Assembly: GCA_001642005.1 (NCBI GenBank)
Contig: LWCA01000050.1
Span: 2,986 to 66,985 of the forward strand
DNA: 64,000 nucleotides
Reading direction: 5' to 3'
DNA from: Intoshia linei
Taxonomy: Eukaryota > Animalia > Orthonectida
A program made the translations under genes and the position numbers. Below, one piece after another: positions 55,303 to 64,000 of the stretch; position 1 is the first letter of the stretch, and each line of letters begins with the position of its first letter. The notes beneath the pieces were generated by a model that saw only the letters and a program-made list of their open reading frames with translations, was not told where the DNA came from and ran no database searches.

Positions 55303-56250
55303 CAGTGGTTCTTAACCGGGGTGCATAATCATTTTTTTTTAATTACATTAATAAAATAATTGTGAAAAATTAATTACTTATATTATATTTATTATATATT
55401 TATTATTATTATTATTATTATATATAATTATATTTTTATTATCAACAAAAAGATTAGATAATTTCATCTTGTGAATACTTATTAAGTTAAGTTAATAATT
55501 AACGCTCATTGAATTTATTTACAATCATTTATTAATCATATTAATTTTGTATTTTCAACTTTTTTAAGGTATATAAATTAAGTATTTTAAGATATAAATT
55601 ATCATAGTTTTTAACCTTTTCTAAGGATGTCTAAAAAAAGACAATGAAATAACTATTACGTATAATTTGGTTTTATCTGTTGTAATGATGCAGATGAAAC
55701 CGAAAAACCTCAGTGCATTTACTTTTCGATACATTTTTATGCAATAATAGCATAAAGCCAAACCTCCTACGTAATCATCAGAATATAAAACACTCAAACC
55801 TCATTGACAGTGTTGAAGTTATTGCTCGAAAGAGTAGACTTTTTGATATAGGTGGAACAGTTGACAATTTATCATTTAATCTCCATGTAACAAAATTGTA
55901 GAGGCATAATATCATGTTACTTACATGTTTTCTAAACAAAAAAAGCATCATACCATCGGAAATGTTGATCAAACCCTGTACTCTTAACATTGCAAAACTT
56001 CTACTTGGCGAAAAACAAAAAAGGGCACTTAAATCAATTCCTTTGTAAAAGGATTAAAAATTTAGCAGAAGTTATCGAACTTTAAGTTATGGATGAACTT
56101 CAAATAAGCCTAGTAAAATTTAGTTTACAATTAGACTAATCTACTGATGTGTTTGCAAGATATGTTGTAAATGATAACATTAAGGAGGAATATCTGTTTT
56201 GTGAGTGATTAAATAAAACTACAAGAGAATTGATGTATTCGAAATAAATT
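55303..56250 (+). mobile_element. hAT (Charlie-like) element 5' part with decayed BED-finger transposase
   Basis: cagtggttcttaacc TIR. EKPQC...[40 protein letters not shown] remnants with stops. Confidence 0.85.
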
Positions 56251-56499
56251 ATATATTAATAAATTAAAATATATATAAAATTTTTTATGGGCCATATAAT
56301 TTACTTTGGCCTCCAAATAGAAAAAATAGAAACAGTCCCTTGATTTTTCTAGTTGCCCTTTGGGAAATATATTATATACTGTATACCATTTTAGCGTATT
56401 TTTAAAATTTCAACCGTCTCCAAAAAAAGTTATGAAAACAATTTTTTTTGGAATAGTTACATATGTATCATACAAGAAATTATATGATTTTTGGATATA

Positions 56500-57958
56500 C
56501 AGTGTTGATCATAAAATTATAATAATTGTAAAAATTTTATATTTATCGTCATATCTTTTGTATATTATAACCTATCTAAAATGTTTGATCTAAATAAGTA
56601 CTACCAATAAGTATTAAATCGATTAGAAATGTTGTTGTTTTCAAAATTAATGTACAGTGTACACTGTACATTGTACACGTAGTAAGGATGGATTTAAGTG
56701 CATACGCGAAAAATTGCGTATTTAAAAAATATGTATCATAGTGAAGATATTTCTTCCCAAACAAACAATCATATAATCTCATTGCTAGAAAAATCTGATT
56801 ACAGTCAACACAAAATTGCAGACGTGTGTGGTGTGTCTCAGTCAGCTGTATCCATTATAAAAAAAATATGTCGAAATCTCAACAAAGTAGTAATTTATAC
56901 AGAAAAAAGTATGGTAAAAAAAATCCACGAATCAAAGAACAGACCGAGTTATACTCAGAACAGCTCTAGAAAATAGAAATTCTAGCTCGCTGAAATCTCT
57001 AGAATATTACAAACTAAAAATGTTAATGTGTCAAGGTTAACTGTTAATCGTAGGCTATTGGAGGCAGCTTACACATCTTACCAAAAAACAAGAAAACCCC
57101 TCTTTACTGAGAGAATGAAAAAAACAAGGTTTTTATGGGCAAAAAGTCGTGAAAATTGGAATGAACATAAATGGAATGAGGTTATTTATTAATAAGTTAA
57201 AATAAATTGTATTATATATTCATTAATTTTGTACTAATTAATAAAAAACCACCTAATTTTTAATTTTATAGGTTATTTTTTCGGACGAATCAATGATTTT
57301 TGTTATGGGAAACCAATATAAAAATGTGCGCAGAAGATCATGCGAATCATCAAGGCCAGACTGCATCATACAAACAGTAAAATTTTCCAACAAAAGTAAT
57401 GGTTTGGGGGCTATATCTTCTATGGGAATGAGTGAATTACAGATTTGTGAAGGTATAATGAACCAGCATACCTATAAAAATGTATTAAACAATTTTTTTG
57501 ATGAAATGACACAACGGCACATTGATCAGAAGTATACATTCCAACATGATTACGCTCCATGTCACAAAGCCAAATCTGTAACTTCATATTTCCAAAATGA
57601 AGGGATTGCCGTTCTTGAATGGCCCGGAAATTCCCCAGATATGAATCCAATCGAAAATTTGCTGGCACAATTGAAAGAGGAGGTTCATACAATTCCAATA
57701 AGATCAAAATCGAAACTGATCATTCGTCTACATACAGTATGGAACAATTCTTCTAATTTGAAAAAACTAGCAAAAGACGTATTAATAGTATGCCACGCAG
57801 AATTATTGCTCTCATACATGCTGAAGGAGGTGTTACAAAATATTAATTAATTCTAATTAAACATAAATATATGTGTAACTTATTTCATCTACTCATTAGT
57901 GAATTAGTAACAAAAGAATATGTAAAAAATAATTATTATAATATTATGATCAACACTG
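56500..57958 (+). mobile_element. Tc1-like DD34E transposon with an intron-containing, frameshifted transposase
   Basis: TA-flanked TIRs cagtgttgatcataaaattataataatt / aattattataatattatgatcaacactg. WNE|VIFSDES spans the 57181-57271 intron. FQHDYAPCH...WPGNSPDMNPIE gives 34 residues between D and E. Confidence 0.95.
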
Positions 57959-58066
57959 TAATTTCCAAAAAACTTTCTTAAAATCTCTAGTCCCACTACC
58001 CTACGATGATCTGTATACTAGGATAGATAGGATATACGCGTATCTGAGACACAACGGCGCTTAGTA

Positions 58067-61000
58067 CTAAGATGACGATGTAACAGGGCTTCGGATGTAA
58101 CACATAAACAATACTAATAGTTGATAACTCACTAACAGTTTTCCAACACTACTCTGTAAAGATAAGTATATTACATCATAGGTGAACAAATCTCCATCAT
58201 CTATAACAGGATCGTATACGTTAATTTCTCTTAATGTACTCTCTGTTATGTGAACTTGCATTGGCTAAATTTTGAAAAATTTAAAATTTAAAAATTAATG
58301 ATTCACCAGTGCCGAACTTTCCATACTATTAGCCATAACAGATGTATCTCCAAACAAAGAGTATCGAGGACGTTTATTCCCAACTATTCCTGCTACAAGT
58401 GGCCCAGAATTTATACCTAATTGAATAAAACCAATGTATTTATTAAGTATAATCTAGTATACCTAGTCTAATTTTCAATTTATATTTATCATTTTTCTTT
58501 GAAAAAAGTTCCAAAGATTCTATTAAATCAAAAGCACAATTCACTGCATAAAATGCATGGTATTTTGATTCTATAGGAATTCCACCAACTAAAACATATG
58601 CATCGCCTATAGTTTCTATCTAAATTTAGGATAACAAAATTTTTGATTGAGATGATCTGTAATGAGGATTTAAGTTTGATTTAATTCCAAAGAGAAGTAA
58701 AATATTCTATAGGGATAAAATCGTATCAATATGACCATCCCAATAGCATATTATACCAGAATTAAGAATCATATGCAACAGTTAAGTATCTCATTAAGAT
58801 TACAATGTAATGTAATTTCGTTAAACACGCTTTCATAGTTTTAAATGCCTGGTGACATTTATTGTTGCAAGCGTGGGTATAGTGTCATTTCAGAGTTTTT
58901 CTAACAACTTGAGAAATTTAAAAATTTATAGCTTTCACTGAAGAAACTGTTAAATTTATTTTGATAACGGATGCATCCTGAACAAAGTACAAGTACATGT
59001 AACTGTATTTTTGTAATTTTATCAAAAGTGGAAAACCTACTGTAATGAAGACCCAGTAGTAAAAATTGTCAATAAAATTATTTCGATGCTAATCAACATA
59101 CTTTACCTTGTAAACATTGTTTTTTAAGCAGACATCATCAAAAATAGTAAATACATATGTCAATAAATTTATGACGTCCATTGGCTAAATTTTTGTAATT
59201 ATATTAAAATGTACATTAATGTTAATTATTAAAAATTTACAGTTAAATTACTACAAATATTTGTAAATCCTACGATGTCTGTATAGAGAACGGTTGCACA
59301 TTTGAATATCTAAAAAATAGGCATTATACATGATGTAGCGCAGTGATTCACAACGAGCACCATGTGAACCATTTCCACATAACTATTTTGAGGGTCATTT
59401 TAGACCAGGGATGGGCAACATACGGCCGGAAATAATTTTTATTATAAAAATTTACATAATAACATATTTTGTCGTCTTAAATGAGCAAGATAATAAAAAA
59501 GAGAAAAGTGGACTCTGAATGCAGAATTTTCCAAAAATTATGGGAATTAGATTATTATTTTATGGAGCACTACAACAAACCTGTTTGTGTTGTTGCCAAG
59601 AAAATGTTGCTGTTAATAAAGTAAATAACATCAAGCTTCATAACATAACAATGAAAACAAACTTAAATCGACATTTCAAAAAATTCATAGAAATTTGAGA
59701 TCAGACGAATTTAATAAATTAAAAAATAGTTTAAAAAAATCAGGCTATTTTGTTTACGAATAGGGTTGCCAACTGCATTATTTCCCCTCTGAGACTTCGG
59801 CTTTTCAAATTCAACTCAGGGTTCAGGGTTAAGTGATATTTCTCAGGGTAATTTAATTATTTCAATCAAAATCATCAGATATATTGATGTATAAGATGTG
59901 TAAACTGTTATTATTTTTTTAAAAAGAGACCCCAAAGTAAAAGAGGGCCCCAAAAAAAATTTAAATAACAAAAAAATAACACGCTTCGCTCAAAAATTCG
60001 GGTTAAGAATAACTTAATGTTGGTAATCCTATTCACGAATAGGATGGGTACAGATAAAAATAATACTAATGCCAGTTATGTTATTTCAAAATTGATTGCA
60101 CAACGCATGAAACCGGTATCTGATGGAGAGTTTATTAAAGTGCCCAACTTGCAATTTTTGTCAGAGGCGTAATTTACAAATTAGAAATTGTTGAAGAATT
60201 TTTTGAATTAATACCTATGAAAGGGAATTCCACTGGAAGAGACATCTTTGATGCAATAATGAAAATAATCTCAAAAATAAATCTTAACATACGTAAATTT
60301 GTTGGGCTTATTACGGACGGTACTCCATCTATGATAGGCTCAAAAAAAGTTAATGCAAGAACATTTAAAAAATGAAGACATTCTCAATCAATTTCTCTAA
60401 AAAACTTTCATTGTATAATTCATCAAGAAGAATTATGTCGAAAATTGATGAAACTTAACGATATAATGACATTTGTGATAAAAACTAAATTTTATTTTTT
60501 ATAATAAAAATTTAAAATAAATATATTCAAACCAAAAATTCTTAAAATTTATTTGTCCGGCCCACCCATCTATTTTATATAACAATCCGGCCCGCTATCA
60601 CAGAAAGTTGCCCATCCCTGTCTTAGATTCTATATTATAGAGTCTATTGAGAGTCTATAGAGATTTCTGTGACAAGTGGTCCATGGTGGAAAAAGTTTGG
60701 GACTCTATAACATAGAGCCTCAATATAATATTTAAAAAATATTTTCATTATCATTATTAACCATTTTATTAGACTATTACACTAGTATTCTATATACATA
60801 CACCTATATTCAAATATACTTTTAGCTATTTAAAAAAGTGCGGAGCCTAATATATAACTCAAAAAATTATTATTTTAAGTATCAAAAATAATAGAATCAA
60901 AAAATTTCGTCTTCAACAGAGCTAGGATGCTGTTTGTACGAAATGCATAACAGTCAATTAGTACTTAATAACAATTGACTAAATTGAATTTGAAAAACTG

Positions 61001-63014
61001 TGCAGTTAAGAGAAACTTATAATAAAAATTATTTTTGTTTAAACATACTTGTGGTTCCATTTTAATACCATTTTGTAGTTGCAGTGCCACTGCGGGTGGA
61101 ATAATTTTCTCGAGTAATTTCTTTTTAGTGTCGAGTTTATGAGTAATATCGGTAAGTACTTCATTGATCCTGGATGCTTCATTTTTAATCTATTTTGATT
61201 ATAATGCATGCTAGATATACCTTGTTTAGGGAAATTGTATGTTCTGCCTCATTTTGCAATTCTAAATAATACATATCCCTCGATATGTCACATTTCCCTA
61301 AATCCGCAAGGAATATATTGTTTAACATAAGTTCATCCGCTGAATTACATCTATATAATAAATATTTTAGATTGATGATTCAGACCTATTGCGTAGTGAG
61401 TAGAATTGTTAACGTATTGCAGACAAAATCAATGTATGCATCATTTATGATATTTTCACTTTTTTTCAAAAATTTTAGAATTTGATGGATGGTTAGCACT
61501 AACTGTGTGTATTTTTAAAAAAGAAAATCTATAACATAATCAAAAACAACTAACGATACATATTCGCTGTGAGTTTAACATTTTAACTTTTATGTAAATG
61601 TAACTGTAAATAAACTTATAAATCTTAATAATTAATCCTTAATCCTAATCATTAGGGCAGTGGTTGTTAACCAGGGTGCATAATAAATTTTTGGGGTGCA
61701 TAGAGCTATTTTCATTTTTTTACATTACATGAATAAAATAATTAGTTAAAAATTAATTATTAATTAATTAATTTTTTTTTAAATGAGTGAAATTACATAA
61801 TTGATATTTTTATTATCAACATAAAGATTAGATATAAGACATAATTTCATCTTGTTAATATTTATTAAGTTAAATTAATAATTAACGCTCATTGAATTTA
61901 TTCACAATCATTTAATAATCAAATTAATTTTGTATTTTCAACTTTTTTAAGGTATACAAATATATTATAATATATAAATTATCATAGAGTTTTTAATCTT
62001 TTCTAAGGATGTCTAAAAGAACACAATAAGATAACAATTACGTAGAATTCGGTTTTACTTGTCGTAATGATGCAGATGAAACCGAAAAACCTCAGTGCAT
62101 TTACTTTTCGACGTTTTATGCAATAATAGCATAAAGCCAAACCTCCTACGTAATCATAAGAATATAAAGCACTCAAACCTCACTGACAGTGTTGAAGTTA
62201 TTGCTCGAAAAAGTAGACTTTTTGATATAGGTGGAACAGTTGACAACTTATCATTTCTTCTCAATGTAACAAAATTGTAGAGGCATAATATCATGTTACT
62301 TACCTGTTTTCTAAACAAAAAAAGCATCATACCATCGGAAATGTTGATCAAACCCTGTACTCTTAACATTGCAAAACTTCTACTTGGCGAAAAACAAAAA
62401 AGGGCACTTAAATCAATTCCTTTGTAAAAGGATTAAAAATTTAGAGGAGTTATCGAATTAATTAATTAATTAACTGAATTTTTAAGTTCAATAATTCCTT
62501 GTGTATTAACCTGAATTTTGTTAATAAGACAATACACACAACACCGTACACCCGAAGCGGTGTCTCGACAAAATTTTTGTTATATGGGGCTTTATTTTTA
62601 AAATTTGAACATACACAATGTGTATTAAATATAAGTTGTACGTACGTACATGTACGTTAAACGTATCATTAACATATCATAACAATATAAAATTTAAAAA
62701 TAGTAAAAATCATAGGCTCGCTCATTTACATGTTAGCGTAAATTATTTTCAATTTGCAAATCCAGTCATTTTAGAATTCGACTATAATGACGTGAGTCAG
62801 ATTTCCTTAATCTCAAACTCTATAAATCTAGTCGAATTCTAAATTTCATAGGTTTTCACCATCTGGCATGCAAATTGTTTGTAAAATATATAATAATAAA
62901 ATGTAGTATATTAAACATGGGAATTCCGGTAAACATCAAACAATTTTCATCTATACAATATCTTATTGTGCCTTCCAATGTTAAATTTTCCTTTTCAGGT
63001 AATCGATCGATATC
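58067..63014 (-). CDS. Soluble guanylate cyclase, alpha-like subunit, 5' part outside window
   Basis: HNOBA-like [16 protein letters not shown] and [14 protein letters not shown], coiled coil ending [11 protein letters not shown], cyclase motifs [56 protein letters not shown]. The introns are phase-consistent. The last exon boundary is uncertain. Confidence 0.9.
59406..60620 (+). mobile_element. hAT element of SPIN/GTF2IRD2-like type, decayed and internally deleted
   Basis: TIRs cagggatgggcaac / gttgcccatccctg. TSD-like ttttagac / tcttagat. Remnants [57 protein letters not shown]. Confidence 0.92.
59761..60031 (+). mobile_element. hAT-type MITE nested in the SPIN-like element
   Basis: TIRs tagggttgccaac / gttggtaatccta, with an 8-bp TSD tttacgaa / ttcacgaa. 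Confidence 0.85.
60895..60962 (+). repeat. Helitron-like 3' terminal fragment
   Basis: cagagctaggatgctgtttgtacgaaatgcataacagtcaattag|t. Confidence 0.6.
61658..62460 (+). mobile_element. Second copy of the Charlie-like hAT 5' part (55303)
   Basis: cagtggttgttaacc TIR. Nearly identical to 55303-56080 over about 750 bp. Confidence 0.9.
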
Positions 63015-63097
63015 TAAAAATTACTATTACACTAGTCAACTCTCATAATACCCCAATACAAACATTATATCATTTTTTAGATAATTTAATGATTAAG

Positions 63098-64000
63098 ACT
63101 ACTTAAATAAAACGATGTATGTCTGTGTGTTATCGTTTATTTTAATAATTACGCGTCAGAGAATTTTATAAAGTCCACATTTGTATTACAGTTTTTTCCG
63201 GCGTGAAACTAAGATAAATTTCAACCTCTGAACTTCAAATCTTACGGGTCAAAACCCCCAATAATCCTTTTTTTTTGAAAATCAAACGAGTTTTAGAATT
63301 TAAAGCAATATACACTCTGATCCTAACTTAAATTATATGCTACGCGATTTTTGTTTGTGTGTCTGTGTGGGTGACTTTATTAAAATAACTACCACTCTTA
63401 GAATTTTTTAAAGACCACATTTCAATTACAGTTTATTCCGGGACGTATAATAAGATATATTTCAACCTCCCAATTTCACATCTTACGGGTCAAAAACCCC
63501 AGTTGTCCGTCTTTTATGAAATCAACCGAGTTGGACAATTTAAAAAAATATATACGCTGATGCGGATATTAAAATCATAAACATTATCATAAATTTAAAT
63601 TTAAAAAAATTATATCTTCACAGCCAAAACCCCAAATTCCCCTTCCTTTTTTTTTTGAAAACAGCCCTGGAATTTCAAAAAATTTACAGGTGGTACAGCT
63701 GTATCCTGTTAACACACATAAAAAATTTCAATTTGAATAAATGACGACTTCACAATCAAAAAAGCATTTTAGTATTCATATATTTTTTTTCCGAAATATT
63801 TTATTAAAACCAAAAATGTGAAATAATTAACGGTCCAAAAATTAAAAAAAAAGGATTATTCTGATAGAGCTTATTCCAGTTGATATAAATACAAAATTTC
63901 AACCCCAGAAATCTACGCATTCCCAATGAAAAATAATTTTTAATAAATTATCAACCAATATTTTTCAAATATTTCGATTAAAATTAAAAATTGAAAATGT
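63098..64000 (+). mobile_element. Two tandem Helitron-like 5' portions (63098-63320 and 63321 to window end)
   Basis: Both start with the AT-rich head plus a tgtctgtgtg tract, and both align to 9745 onward. Confidence 0.7.

Overview
Very AT-rich eukaryotic (metazoan) genomic DNA with a bimodal intron structure: most introns are tiny (about 33-60 nt, GT-AG) and the few long ones are filled with DNA transposons. The compact architecture is consistent with a reduced invertebrate genome such as an orthonectid (inference only). Genes reconstructed by hand across introns: an SLC16/MCT-like MFS transporter (-, runs off the left edge), a divergent bHLH factor (+), a complete 6-exon Runx gene (+) that the ORF track hides, a sulfotransferase-like P-loop protein (-), an unknown multi-pass membrane protein (-), proteasome alpha-5, mitochondrial ribosomal protein mL66/MRPS18A, a calponin/myophilin, IMPDH, midasin (with an 11.9-kb exon), a decayed extracellular-protein gene, and a soluble guanylate cyclase alpha-like subunit (-, runs off the right edge). 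Mobile DNA includes three to four Tc1/IS630-type elements, several hAT elements (one with a perfect 8-bp TSD, one carrying a nested hAT MITE), pogo-like MITEs, a Chapaev-like remnant and many copies of a non-autonomous Helitron-like family. The most notable observations are the compact bHLH-Runx pair, whose Runx ends in an atypical WRPYI tail on a separate final exon that intron retention could remove; a 20-nt gap between calponin and MRPS18A inside a same-strand gene run; two GC-AG introns in one gene; and an intact ORF for the C-terminal half of a transposase in a deleted hAT element. I found no evidence for a prokaryotic-type system.
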